Source: Macrostomum lignano
Taxonomy: Eukaryota
DNA: 64,000 nucleotides
Assembly: GCA_002269645.1 (NCBI GenBank)
Contig: NIVC01000986.1
Coordinates: forward strand, 328,847-392,846
Direction of reading: 5' to 3'
Shown here one piece after another: positions 11,996-24,419 of the stretch. Under the pieces are notes generated by a model, which saw only the letters and a program-made list of their open reading frames with translations, had not been told where the DNA came from and did not search any database. The first letter of the stretch is position 1. Each line of letters opens with the position of its first letter. Position numbers and translations under genes: made by a program.

Positions 11996-12575
11996 ATCAA
12001 GGATAACCAAAATGTGAAGGGTGACCAAGGGTGAAAAAACGGAACTTTTTACTATAGACTACAGTGTATTTGTCCTCTGTGTAATTAAATAGGATTTGGC
12101 TAACACTACGCTCGTATCATCACTCCTGCTAATAATACACTGAAAATTCATTGTTATACGATCGTATGGCCTAGCAATGATATATTCTTGTGCAATCAGG
12201 GTGCATGATGGTATACATAACACGACTCGCGCCTAAGGCGCTCATCCCGACTGCAGATGAGTCATTGGCTAGTGTTTCCCCATAACGAGCGTAGGCTGCC
12301 TTTGGTCTAGAATTTTATAATGAAGTCATCAGGCCATGGAAAGATACCATAGACGGTAGACGAAACGCATTAATATTTATTTTCGCTTCAAACCTACACG
12401 AATACTGGAAGCAAACGCATAAGGAGGAAATAAGACTCTTTGTTGGCTTCCCTACCACATCAATAGAGTTATCGGTTGCACTGACACAACAACCTCTTGC
12501 AGACTGAGTATTGCTCGGTGCTAATTGATAAATTGAAATAAAAAATAATTTGTCTCTAGCTCCCCCTCCCCCCTC

Positions 12576-12576
<1 letters not shown>

Positions 12577-12609
<33 letters not shown>

Positions 12610-12626
12610 CACTACTACTACTACTA

Positions 12627-12716
<90 letters not shown>

Positions 12717-12836
12717 TTACTACTACTAGTACTACTACTACTACTACTACTACCACTACTACTACTACTACTACTACCACTACTACTATTACTACTACTA
12801 CTACTACTAGTACTACTACTACTACTACTAGTACTA

Positions 12837-12876
<40 letters not shown>

Positions 12877-12895
12877 CACTACTACTACTACTACT

Positions 12896-12975
<80 letters not shown>

Positions 12976-12994
12976 AACTACTACTACTACTACT

Positions 12995-13056
<62 letters not shown>

Positions 13057-13093
13057 TACTACTACTACTACCACTACTACTACTACTGCTACT
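12577..13093 (+). repeat. (TAC)n microsatellite
   Basis: Read directly; source of the poly-S and poly-V pseudo-ORFs. Confidence 0.98.
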
Positions 13094-13500
13094 TATGATA
13101 ACGGCTAGTTGGATATAGATGTTATAGGCATAGCACAATAACTACTGTAGTTACTAGTAGTACTGGTAGTACTGGTAATACTTAGACAAGCCACCTAGCA
13201 TAGTTATTATACGCGCTACGTAATTAACCTAAATAATTTTATAGAATATGTCTGTCTAGTATCAAGCTAATACGATTGGCATATTTTTGATTGACAAATG
13301 GCAATATAGCTAGCTAAATAATAACAAAAACATTTTTGTTACGACTCGAAACTGACTCGCTCGAAAGCGAGCCAAAGTCAAGCAATCATTGAACAGATAA
13401 AAGTAGCTTTGGATGCGAGACTTACCTTAATGCCTTTTTGCTGAAATAAAATTTAGACTTACTGGATGCGTATCGTGATAGGCCGGAAAATGTGGACGTT

Positions 13501-13823
13501 AGTATTTACGGTACAAAATTGCCAGCAAACCGTTCTCATAATTCAAAGAGATTTAACCCTTTATCAGTGTGAAATGACTTGTTTTCCCTTCATTATCGCT
13601 CGTCTTCACTTCGCTCAACTCGCTTCGCTCATCCTCGCTTCATTTCGGTCAATCTCCCCATTTCACACTTACAACGATTAATTCTCATTGAATTCTGAGA
13701 ATACTCCTCTTAGTTTGCTGGCAATTTTGTATCGCACCCAATTCTTCTAACACTTCCAACACTCTATAACCCGCTGCCGCGCCGCAGGCACGAAGGGTCT
13801 TTTTCTGTTACTAAAAATAGAAC
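13501..13823 (+). repeat. Left TIR of element 2
   Basis: Reverse complement of ~41096-41420 with only a few mismatches. Confidence 0.95.
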
Positions 13824-13828
13824 AAAAA

Positions 13829-14245
13829 ATGACACACGTTACACATATGCAAAATCTGAATGAATTGCAGGTAGGAGACCCAGTTCCAGTTGAATACCGA
13901 GGTGAGGGTCTTTTTGATGTGGTTGGAACAGCAGCAAATTTTGTTAAAGACAATATGGGTCTTATAGGGCAAGCAGGCTCCGCAGCAGGTTCTATAACAA
14001 ACGCTGTAAAGGGCGGAATCGAAGCAGCGAGGGCAGTAGAAGAACTAAAGAAATTGAGAGAATTTAACGACACCCTCTCACAAATAAAAGCAATAAAAGA
14101 TTTGAAACTAGCGCAGGAAGCAACCCAAGCCGCACAACCAACAGAAACCCCCACAAAAAGCACACCAATAAGTAATAAAGATATTCAGGATTTTAATAAA
14201 ATGTTAACCACAATTAAAGGTGGAAAAGGATTAAAGAAATTTTAA
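13829..14245 (+). CDS. Polinton small protein with GxG motif and amphipathic helix
   Basis: 138-aa ORF; YRGEGLFDVVGTAANFVKDN, C-terminal KGGKGLKKF. Confidence 0.6.
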   Translation: MTHVTHMQNLNELQVGDPVPVEYRGEGLFDVVGTAANFVKDNMGLIGQAGSAAGSITNAVKGGIEAARAVEELKKLREFNDTLSQIKAIKDLKLAQEATQAAQPTETPTKSTPISNKDIQDFNKMLTTIKGGKGLKKF

Positions 14246-14255
14246 CAATATAAAA

Positions 14256-15245
14256 ATGGATGCAATTAATGACAATCGGCTATATTTTATAGGAGAAATT
14301 GTAGACAGTCTAGATTTGGATGACAACAAACAAAGCCATACAATGTTAAAAAGATTGGATCGTTTAGGTAAAAAACTTGACAACGATATTGATACATTTA
14401 AACTTGCTGCAAAATATGCACAAGAAGGAAGACCAATATCCTTTAAGAATCGCGGTAGAAATTATAGGTTGACAGACTCCGATGTAAAATTTTTATTGGA
14501 GACTCACACTAAAAAGGACGGCGGCTTGCTACCTATTTTACCAATTCTTTTAGGTCTCGGAGCAGCTGGAGCAGCCGGTTTAGCAGGCAAAAGAATTCAT
14601 GATAACCGAAAACAGTTAGCAGAATTAAAAGCAAAACAAGGGGGCATACTTCCACTTGCAACTTTGTTACCAATAATTTTTGCAGGAATAGGAGCAGCTG
14701 GTGGAATAGCAGGCGGCGCAGCTGGAATCACAAAAGCAGTAAACGATAAAAAAGCTGCGGATGAAAAAGCTAAACGAGATGCTGAATTTCAAAGACAGCA
14801 AATAACACAGGATGCTCAATTCAAACAGAAACTCATTGACACCATTAATAGTAGTTCAGCAACAGCAGAGCAAAAAAGAAATGCAGAAGCTAGGTTAGCA
14901 GCAGGAAAAGGTTTAATACTAAAAGGAACAAATCATGGTGACGGTTTAATACTAAAAGGAACAACCCAAGGAAGCGGAGTTGTCGCAGATAAACTACACG
15001 AGTTTGGCCAAACTTTAGAAAAAACGGGTGAGAAAGCTAAAGGATTTTTTGACAATATTGGAGCTAATTTTAGGCCAGCAGTTCAGAAGATTTTTAATAA
15101 ATTGGGTAAAGATTTTAACATCATTGAAAAACATGACGGAAGCGGATTATATCTTGAAATGAGACCCAAAGCCGGATCTGGAATTTTCTTAAATGCAAAT
15201 GTTATGGGTCGTGGACTACTGTTACCTAAAGCGGAACTCGAATAA
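14256..15245 (+). CDS. Putative virion core/membrane precursor with two GG(L/I)LP modules and repeated GxG-hydrophobic motifs
   Basis: KKDGGLLPILP, KQGGILPLATLLP, GKGLIL, GDGLIL, GSGLYL, GSGIFL, GRGLLL. Confidence 0.6.
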   Translation: MDAINDNRLYFIGEIVDSLDLDDNKQSHTMLKRLDRLGKKLDNDIDTFKLAAKYAQEGRPISFKNRGRNYRLTDSDVKFLLETHTKKDGGLLPILPILLGLGAAGAAGLAGKRIHDNRKQLAELKAKQGGILPLATLLPIIFAGIGAAGGIAGGAAGITKAVNDKKAADEKAKRDAEFQRQQITQDAQFKQKLIDTINSSSATAEQKRNAEARLAAGKGLILKGTNHGDGLILKGTTQGSGVVADKLHEFGQTLEKTGEKAKGFFDNIGANFRPAVQKIFNKLGKDFNIIEKHDGSGLYLEMRPKAGSGIFLNANVMGRGLLLPKAELE

Positions 15246-15328
15246 GCTCCTGTGGGGAGGGTCAGGACGACTAAAACCTAAAATTAAAAACCAATAATTC
15301 AAATATTATATAAATTTTATTCTATAAA

Positions 15329-17343
15329 ATGGAACAAAGAATGACCCCAGATCAGATTCGACAACTTCTTGCAAATGAGCGCCAACAGTTCAATCGATTA
15401 AAAAGACAGATTGAACAAATTGAACAGCGCCAAAGACAACAACGCCGCCAAAGAGCAAGAGAAAGACAGAGAGAAAGGCAGAGAGAAAGAGAAAGACAAG
15501 AACAGGAAATAAACGCATTAGCAAATAATATAAGGGCAGAATATGAAATGAAGCGTTTAATAGAAAAGGCTGAATATGAAAAAAGAATAGCAGAATTAGA
15601 AAAAAACCAAAAGAAACAAATACGTCGGAAAGCGCAGAATAAATCGGATGAAAAATCATTAAAAGAGTTTATTAGGGTTTATCGATTTGAACCAATGCAG
15701 AATGTCCTAGATTTTATTGAAACCCAGCTTTCAAACGGATATAGTGTTGAAATTACTAATGCGAGGGTACAATATTTTTATAATAAAACCGGAGATGATC
15801 GCGAAGAGATTAATCAATATTTAGCAACATTTTATAATATAAGCCAGTTTCAAGCTTGGTTTAAGCATTTGGTAGAAAACTATGACATGAATTTAAGTGT
15901 GTTTTCTGGAAGACTTAAAATGACACCAAACGAAATCACACTTAAACACGAAAGGTCAAAGCAGGGTATGGGCACAAATGTCATGTGTGAAATTAAATTG
16001 CAGAGTATAAAGATGAGTACTGCTACATACCCAGTGATGGAAATTGTTTCTACAAGTGTGTTCAGTTTATTTATGGTGATAAAGCTCCATCCAAAGACGA
16101 ATATGGTGCTTGGTTGTACGACTCAAAAACCCAAAGAGGTTTAATGACAAATTCAAGAATTGGAAAATTCAATGAATATTTTAATCTTAACATAGGGCTT
16201 TATAATCCCAATAATCGTGGAATTGAACCAAAGTCTCAAAGAGGGATTCACCACGACTGGTTATTAATAAATTATTATCACACAGCCGATTACCACATTG
16301 GTCATTATTGTCTTATATCAAATAAACAACGAGGAATCGCCCTCGAACGGATAAAAGACAATTATAAAGTAGTATTTAAAAACCCAACGCCCGAAAATGT
16401 TAAAGAGCTAAAAATGTTCAACACATCCACAAATCCCAATAAATCAAATGTATACATATTTGATTTTGAAACATATTTAAATTATAATCAACAAGCATGT
16501 CCGTATGCAGTTGGTCTTTTAAACTATAACGACTTTTGTAATAATTGCAACGAAACCCCAGAGACAATAAAGAAACTAACTAAGATCTTGATATCAGATC
16601 GCGGTTGTGATTTTCAAACAGAGGGGGCTAAAATGGACTGCGTTAGAAAAATGTTTAAATACCTTGGTACAGTTATGTCAAAAAAGATTGTTTTGATCGC
16701 ACACAACTCATCCCGTTTTGATTCATACATACCACTATTTTGCAACATAAAACCAATTAAAATTCTTAAAACCCCTAGAGGAATATTATCAATCACTCTT
16801 GTAAACGATTATATGTCAAAAGAGGTTAGAGCGTTTATAAACAAAGATAAGAAGAAGAATCACAAGGATTCGAAACAAACCATTACGATGCTTTGTTCAT
16901 ATCAACACGCCTCAATGAGTTTAAAAAAGTTTTGCTCATCAATGACAATTAGAGAGGATTTGCGCAAGACCTCAATGGTTCACGACATTACCGAACACGA
17001 CTACCTAGAGCGCATGGATGAATGGTATGAATATTTACAATTTGATCTTATTTCTTTATGTGCCTGTATTCATAAGTATAATGAAATAGCATATGAAATT
17101 GGAGGAATGACAATGTTTGATACTCTTACATGTTCAAGTTTAACATTAAAATGTTGGTTTAAAGATTTTGTTAGAGTTGAAGACAAAATGAAACAATACC
17201 TAAAGACAAAAGAAAAAAGTAATTACATTAAAAAAGTTGAAGAAATAATATCTCCGTTAAAAATCGAAGATTATTTTGACTTAAGCAAACTTGAAAAAAT
17301 GAAATACCAAACACTATTAAGAAAATAATTTTCGGTTCACTCT
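15329..17343 (+). pseudogene. pPolB 5' part (terminal protein / vOTU-like / exonuclease)
   Basis: ORFs 15329-16144 and 16114-17328 are joined by a 1-nt shift near 15995. Motifs YIPSDGNCFYKC, GHYCLI, YIFDFET, AHNSSRFD. Confidence 0.8.
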
Positions 17344-17949
17344 CCCAGAGGAAAAGGCACCGCTGAAGCAACGGCGGACAAACGGTTACAAATGTCCGGC
17401 GCGAAACCGTTGGAACAACGGTGGCAATACAACGGTTATACAACGCTATACCAACGCCAAACCAACGCCTGTGAGGCCAATTGTGGTGAACTTTTAAATG
17501 TACTTTCTAGCTTATACCCGCAGCCTTTTTAAATACAGTGAATTTTTTACAGATATAACAGCATGGCTTCATATTTTAGTTGAATAATGTATCATAATCT
17601 TTATCGCAAATATCTTCTGAAATTTTACTATTGCAAACCATGCAATTCTCTTAGCTAGAGACCAATTTTTGTCTCAATTTCCAATAGAAAAAATTTAGCT
17701 GCTGAAAAAATTGTATAAAAATATGACGAGTACATTCAATAAAGATCATGCAAGTTTTTTAAATAAGTTGTCAGGTGGTTTTTATTGAAGTTTTATGGAA
17801 GCATTTTAATTTATTATTTAATAAAGTTATTAGTAAAATGGTATATACACTGTAAAAAGCAAAATTCGTAGTTTGATTGAAATTTAACGGCTATACTACG
17901 TTAATAAGTGCATATAACAGTGACATGATATGCTTAATTGCTGTCGCTG

Positions 17950-18445
17950 TCATTGTCGCTGCTGCAGCTGCTTAAAAACGCGACGGTACCACCACCATGT
18001 TGACTTGACTCCCGACTTTGCCGGCTTGTGGCAAGAGATCGCTTTTTTGTCTTTTCCAGCCTTCAGAGCTGTGACCACGGCATTCTCCACCTCGCTCTCC
18101 TCTGGCTGGAGCTCGCTGATTGATCTGATCGACTCTGAATATTTTAAATAAGCTTTATATTAAAATACAACTCCTGCACTGATGGCTTGGCAGCGGTTTA
18201 CATAACAGCAAACAGCTTACTTTCAATGATAGGAAAAAAGGTGACAAGGCCAACTGCCTATCAGAAAGAGTGGAGCCCAATAGTCTCTGCAGTCCTTGGC
18301 CATTGTAGTTGACTAGGGCCAGCATTTTGGTGGACAAAATTTTATGCACCATCCAGCGTGCAGTACCCATGTAGATAACTTGCATAGGCGAAGATGTGGC
18401 TTCTGTAGAAATAAATGAAGGCATAGCGACAAGCATATAGAGCAT
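17950..18445 (-). pseudogene. Two-exon remnant resembling a BEN/DUF4806-like domain
   Basis: MVHKILSTKMLALVNYNGQG...|GTAAGC intron CAG|..SIRSISELQPEESEVENAVVTALKAGKDKK; needs one shift in a T run. Confidence 0.35.
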
Positions 18446-19455
18446 TCCTAGATGGTGAGAATCAGCATGGAAAACAAATCAGAGTAATCACACCTAGAAA
18501 TTGTATGCATTTCATTCTTAAGGACTTTCTGCCTAGTCAGAAGCAATTATACACAATCTACACAATTATACATAATTATACACAAAATTGTACACTTGCA
18601 AATGGGAAATAAAAATTCAGAGTTTACAAAAAACTCACCAGATCATTGACCAATTCCAGATTATTCGCATAGCAAATATAAACCTCCCAGGAGTCAAGAG
18701 GCAATTTAGAATCCAAAGCTTATCAACTCATCAACGTTACTTAAGATATATCTTCTATATCACTTAGTATCAAAAGGGATAGAAATGTCCCCAGTTAAGT
18801 CCTTGATGACTTTGCAATTAAAGTTTCTTTTAGACATCTGAAATAAGAATAAATGAAGTTAAAGGTAACTTAAGCAAGATCAAGAAGATAATCATATTTA
18901 AATTATTTAACATATAGAGAAAATACATATAAATATATATATTGATTCTCTATAAGCTCTATAAGCTAGTTTTAGTCCAAGTGAATGCTTTATTGAAGGC
19001 ATATAAGATGTATTTATATATTTATTATTTCTTAAAATGACAAACAAATTATTATTAGGAAAAACAAATAAATTAAAAATATTTTAAACTTAGACTAATA
19101 ATAGCAATTAAATATAAATTTAAGAACCTTCAAACAAAATTTCAATATCAAAAGCAGAAATTAATAGTATAAGAGAAAATATTTAAAATGGATTTTTAAC
19201 CTTAGATATATGATATTAAAATAAATTTGGCCAATATAAAGACCTATAAAATAATAAAACAAAAATTTTTATATTTACAATATATATTAAGATATGCCTA
19301 CTTAAACTTTGACTAAATTTAACTATTTTATGATATGTAAGCTTTGAGCCCAACTACTAAAGCTTTACTTACTTTATATTAAAATAAACCAAAATATAAG
19401 ATGTACTTCTTAGAAAATATTATTTATATAAATGACTTTATAAGTATTCTAGTTC

Positions 19456-19711
19456 CAGGGGTGGTGGAGCCTAATATTTTAGGGGGAGGGGCACCAGGCC
19501 AGGGCAAAGGGGGCACAAGTACCTTTATAACTGCTAACCATGGGCAGCAGGAGCTTGCGGCACCGGAGGCATGTGCCTTTCTAAAAAATAAGTCTACACA
19601 ATTATTTTTAATGCTTTTTTATTTTAGACCCAATTAGCAATTACAAAGGTACCTGTGCCCCCTTGACCTTTGCCTGGTGCCCCTCTAAAATATTAGGCTC
19701 CACTGTCCCTG
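19456..19711. mobile_element. MITE-like inverted-repeat element
   Basis: GGAGCCTAATATTTTAG..AGGGGCACCAGGC vs GCCTGGTGCCCCT..CTAAAATATTAGGCTCC; no TSD found. Confidence 0.7.
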
Positions 19712-21219
19712 CTGCTAACTAAAGGCCTAAAATTAGAAAAAGCATTAAAAATTATTGCATGGACTTATTTTCTAAGCCCCCCATGTTGCAAGCTTTTGCT
19801 GTCTGTCTTTGACAAAAATAGAAACCTATATAGCTATAATTATAAATAGACAATGTCAATGACAATATAATTGCCTATAGACAATATTGTATTGAATAAA
19901 TATATTAAAACTTAAAAGCTTTTCTAGGCTTATATACAGATACAATAGGCCTATAGTATAATTATTAAAATATCTTAGCTTAGGTGCCAATATGTATACT
20001 TAGAAACATTAAAAACAAAAAAGAAACCACTCAAGCCTAGGCTACACTAAGTCACTAATGATATTTTTCTTCAATTATTCTAAAATATCAATAATATAAA
20101 AATAGATCAAAATAGCTTTAATCTATCCAATCTTTGCACATTGCTCTTCCTACTTCATTCTTGAGCTTAAGTCTGCCATGGTATAGGCCCTAGCTAAGTT
20201 GTTATTTGCAAAGATTAAGGAAGGATCCTATGATGGCACCTTTTTAATTTTAATGTTGTTAATATACTTAATGAATAAATAGGCATAGGCCTAGGCCCCT
20301 CTTAAACAAGGTCTCTATGTATGACAAAGTGTACCAGAAGTTTAAACTATAGGCCTGGCAAGTATAGGCCCAAAAATAAATGGGGTGAGTAATAATGCCA
20401 AGACAAACAATGCTTTCTCTATTATTTTTGAGGGCTTTGCTTGATGCCTTGACTTATAGTCACAGGGTCTCAGAGGTTCCTTCCTTGTGGTCACCCCCAC
20501 ATGAGAAAAAACACCCCTGTTGATAAGAAATGATTGTTGAAAGGAATGTCCTAAATTTGCGCATAGATAATATGTTGAGATCGCCAAGATCGAATTAATT
20601 AGGTCAGTTGCACTATACTGTACAACAGGGCGAACAGGGGTATGGGAACAAACTAATTATGCCTTAAAGAGCTAGAAAAAATAGCGACAGCACAAAATTG
20701 TAAAAATGCCATTGATAGAATTTGTTTTGCTATAATAAGACACGTGCACTAGATGGAGACAAACATGCAGTTGACGCAGTCTGTCGGTTAATGATGATAA
20801 TTAACGGCTGGCACAGTTTTGAATAAACTGTTCAAAGCAATACAGGACATCACCACATAAAACAAATTCTAAATGCTTTGGGAAAAATAAATAAATTTTT
20901 TTTGTAAATATTTATTATTAAACAAGTAAAAAACATGAAATATATTTTATTTTACTTCTTTAACATCATTTTATCTGCGTCAATAGATCGCCGTTGCTTT
21001 ACAGTTGGAAAAACAACTCGAATTCAACGTTGTGCAATCACAACGCTTTTACAACGGTTATTAATTTGTGCAGTGTATTGCATGTATGCATAAAGTAATT
21101 GCATTATTTTAACCTTATTCGCTTTTCAGTGTGCACGGCAAGCATATTTTCACCCAACGGTTTTCCAACCAGCTTCCGTTGGAACACCGTTGGATCAACG
21201 TACCCTTTTCCACTGGGCT

Positions 21220-22611
21220 CATACCAACCCTTATATAAGAAGGTTTATGAGGGACGCAGTCAAAGGAGGCAGAGTATTTGCACTAATAAATAAATACGAA
21301 AGCGACTGTTTTCAAACAATTGTAGACGTTGTAAAATACCATTTAAAAATACCAACAAGCGACCCATGCGAGGTTATATCAACTCATCTCAAAAGCGATA
21401 TGGAAGAAAAAAAGAAAATCGCAATTAAACTAAAAAACCAATTGGGTACCGTATCAGATTGTTTAATGAATTTTGATGGAGTCTCGTTGTATCCATCTGC
21501 CATGTCTGATAAGGATAGCGAATATCCAAGAGCAGAAACAGCCAGAGTGTTTGATATAAGCGAGGAAAAGGATTTTTTGACACAATTTAATTCACAAACC
21601 TTTCGACCAAAAACAGCGGTTTTAAAGATTATGTATGAGAATCCCACTAGCGTTTTTCTTCAACATCTCCCATCGAAAGACAAAGAGAAAGTTTATAATC
21701 CGGAAACAAAAGCAAACGAAACAAAAACATTAAATAGGTTTAGAAATGGAAAGGTAATCGGCACTTTATGTTCCGTAGACATACAAGAAATTGTAAGAAT
21801 GGGTGGAAAAATATTAAAGATATATAGTGGAATTGTATATGAAAAAAATTACGATTTCTCTCCGTTTCAGAATTATATTACAAACCTTTTTGAAATGAGA
21901 AAAGTATTTAAAAAAGAAAATAACGAGGCAGGTTCTGAAGTAGTAAAAACATTGTTAAATTCCTTATATGGTAAAACGGTTCAAAGAGACATTACTTTCA
22001 CAACGCATCTCTGGAATTTGAATACATTAAAAACAGAATACGATGACACAATCAAGTCATATGAGAAAATATGTGACGATTTATTTTATGTTGAAAAAAA
22101 GAAAGACACACAAGAATATGTAGATGACGACGATAGTCCTACAACAGGCCTTTGTCCGGCACAATTAGGCATATTTATCTTAGCTCATTCAAGAAGGATC
22201 ATGAATAATTTTATCACCTCTATAGACGGTTCAAAGACTCCAGAAATTTATTACGGTGATACGGATTCATTATATATACATAAAAAACATTGGGATACAT
22301 TAAATAAAAACGGATATGTCGGAAATAATTTAAGTCAAGGAAAAAACTATTATGGAGAGGGTGGAATTATATTCGGATATTTTATTGCTCCTAAAATTAA
22401 ATATTGTCTTTTATTGAAAGACGATTTTATTATGGAAGAGAAAAAAACATTTAAAGGATGTGCAAAGGATAAGATTAATTTTGCATCGTTTAAAACTTTA
22501 TATGATGGACAGTCAATAAAAGTAAATAATAATGCTCCGTGGAAACGATCGTTTGAAGGTGGTATTGTAGCGTACTTTAATAACTTTCCCGAAATTTCTT
22601 CAGATTTCTAA
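21220..22611 (+). pseudogene. pPolB polymerase domain (3' part)
   Basis: AVKGGRV, FDGVSLYPSAM, KTLLNSLYGKTVQ, YYGDTDSLY, APKIKYC. Confidence 0.95.
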
Positions 22612-23167
22612 AAGTCAAAAACTATTTCCAGAAACTTCTTTGAGTTAGCAGCTAATCTATAACATACGCATATAAATAGTAAATAATTAATTATCACTTA
22701 AGTATTAATGTTCTAATTATATTTACGTAATGTATATAATTAAAGGGTTATTTCGCTTTGTTAAAATTAGCTAAATCTTTCTAGAAATTTCCGGAAGGCA
22801 ATAACAAGGCTATAAATACACGGCGGCAGCAGTGAAACAAATCACTCTCTCGCTTTCCCCTTGTTTTCTCTTTGATCTAAGTTCCGTTGGTAAATAACTA
22901 AATGAACCACCGCCTTGCTCTTATTCAATAATCAATTAAAGAAAATTCTACAGTATAACAATTCCTCAAAGCGGATCAACCATATCAAAAACGTATACGT
23001 CTTCGATAAACACATTTAAAAGAGAAAAACCAGATAAAAACGGAGTTATGAAACCATTCTTTAAAAACTATTTTGATGACAAACCACAACACGAACATTC
23101 AATTGAATATTATAACAGCTTACTATATGACGTAGACTATAATTGTTTTGAGTTCGATATTGATGAA

Positions 23168-23530
23168 CTAGCACTTATCGATTAAAGCTCGCGACCCTAC
23201 GGGGCGATAAAAAACCAAAGCATGTAATTGTTTAAGCATAATATCCATTTCAATTTCGTATTTTATTGAGCACCAATTGTCCTCACAGTCGGCAGGGTAA
23301 CTTAAACATTCTTTTACTTTTTTCCTAAGTACTTTTATTCTCCTAACAAGACGATCGATTTCAATTTCAATTACTGTTTCAGCATAAGCAATTGCGCTTT
23401 TGATAAAACGCTTTCTTTTATCCAACTCGTATCGGATAGGAAACATATCATCCCCATAATCACTATAATATAATATATTAATATCATTCATTTCGCGCTC
23501 TTTTGTAACTAGGATCTTTAGTGTCTCCAT
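23168..23530 (-). CDS. Hypothetical Polinton protein
   Basis: 120-aa ORF with A-rich start context, packed against its neighbours. Confidence 0.5.
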   Translation of the reverse strand: METLKILVTKEREMNDINILYYSDYGDDMFPIRYELDKRKRFIKSAIAYAETVIEIEIDRLVRRIKVLRKKVKECLSYPADCEDNWCSIKYEIEMDIMLKQLHALVFYRPVGSRALIDKC

Positions 23531-23551
23531 TTTCTTATAAAAAATTTAAAC

Positions 23552-23882
23552 TTATTCAGAGTCTTCCTCCCAAACGGAAGCTAACCTTACAGTCCTGTCA
23601 CACTTTTTATTTTTTGTTTGTTTTAGTTTAAATTGCAACCCACTCTCCCGACTGTATTTCATAACAAACGTTTTAGGTTTATTAATAACTAAAACTGGAA
23701 AATTTTTAACATCATCCCCGCTTAGACATAGGACAGTATGCCCATCTAATTGTAAAAATATCGATTGAATTCCAATAAATTTAACCTGTCGCAAACATAT
23801 AATATTATATTCTTTATTCTCCAACATATTGGGCGCGAGAAAATTAATCACATTAGAATCGGTTTTGAACCAGCGCTCCATT
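23552..23882 (-). CDS. Hypothetical Polinton protein
   Basis: ORF; likely start MERWFK at 23882 (TAAAAATGG context). Confidence 0.5.
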
Positions 23883-23906
23883 TTTAATCTAAAAAAATAA
23901 CAAAAA

Positions 23907-24419
23907 ATGAAAGACATTTACGAATGTAATAAATGTAATGTGGTCATGCATAGAGGCCAAACAGCAAATGGAGATATATATCACATGTGTTATTCATGTT
24001 CTAAAATATATCAATTTGAAAAAACAAAAAAGATTGAAAACTCATATTACTATTTTAAAAACACAATTTTAAGAAATCTTACAAGGGACATTTCCCATCC
24101 AATTTTAATCCCCGGAAATAATGTTTATTTATATAACAACTTTTTCCATTTAAATAAAGGAAAGGGATTAAGTTCGAAAGACTCTGAAAGGATTTTAATT
24201 TTAGTTGGATATTATTTCAATTTTCTTATACGAGAGAATACAAAGTTTATAAGGATAGGCAACATACCTAACGAAAGGTTATTGAAAAAGTCATTGGAAT
24301 TTTTATGTATTGATAAAAAATTTAAACCTAGGATTATAAGAGAGTTACCACTTTGGGAAGAATATATAACATATGCATTAAATAAATTAAACAACCTGAA
24401 GTTCTACAGTACTTCCTGA
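23907..24419 (+). CDS. Hypothetical protein with N-terminal Zn ribbon
   Basis: CNKC...CYSC near the N-terminus. Confidence 0.55.
   Translation: MKDIYECNKCNVVMHRGQTANGDIYHMCYSCSKIYQFEKTKKIENSYYYFKNTILRNLTRDISHPILIPGNNVYLYNNFFHLNKGKGLSSKDSERILILVGYYFNFLIRENTKFIRIGNIPNERLLKKSLEFLCIDKKFKPRIIRELPLWEEYITYALNKLNNLKFYSTS

Larger units (their letters stand above)
17344..21217. mobile_element. Non-autonomous CACTA/EnSpm (CCC-ended) element inserted in polB
   Basis: TIR CCCAGAGGAAAAGG / CCTTTTCCACTGGG, 2-bp CT TSD, subterminal CAACGG/CCGTTG repeats. Removal restores the polB frame (FSVHSHTNPYIRR). Confidence 0.85.

Noticed and set aside
12577-13093. (ACT)n tract as an expanded Polinton ACTACT terminus
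   Set aside because: No TIR sequence precedes it and it lies ~400 bp outside the TSD-defined end.
12521-13138. Poly-Ser and poly-Val ORFs
   Set aside because: Translations of the (TAC)n microsatellite.
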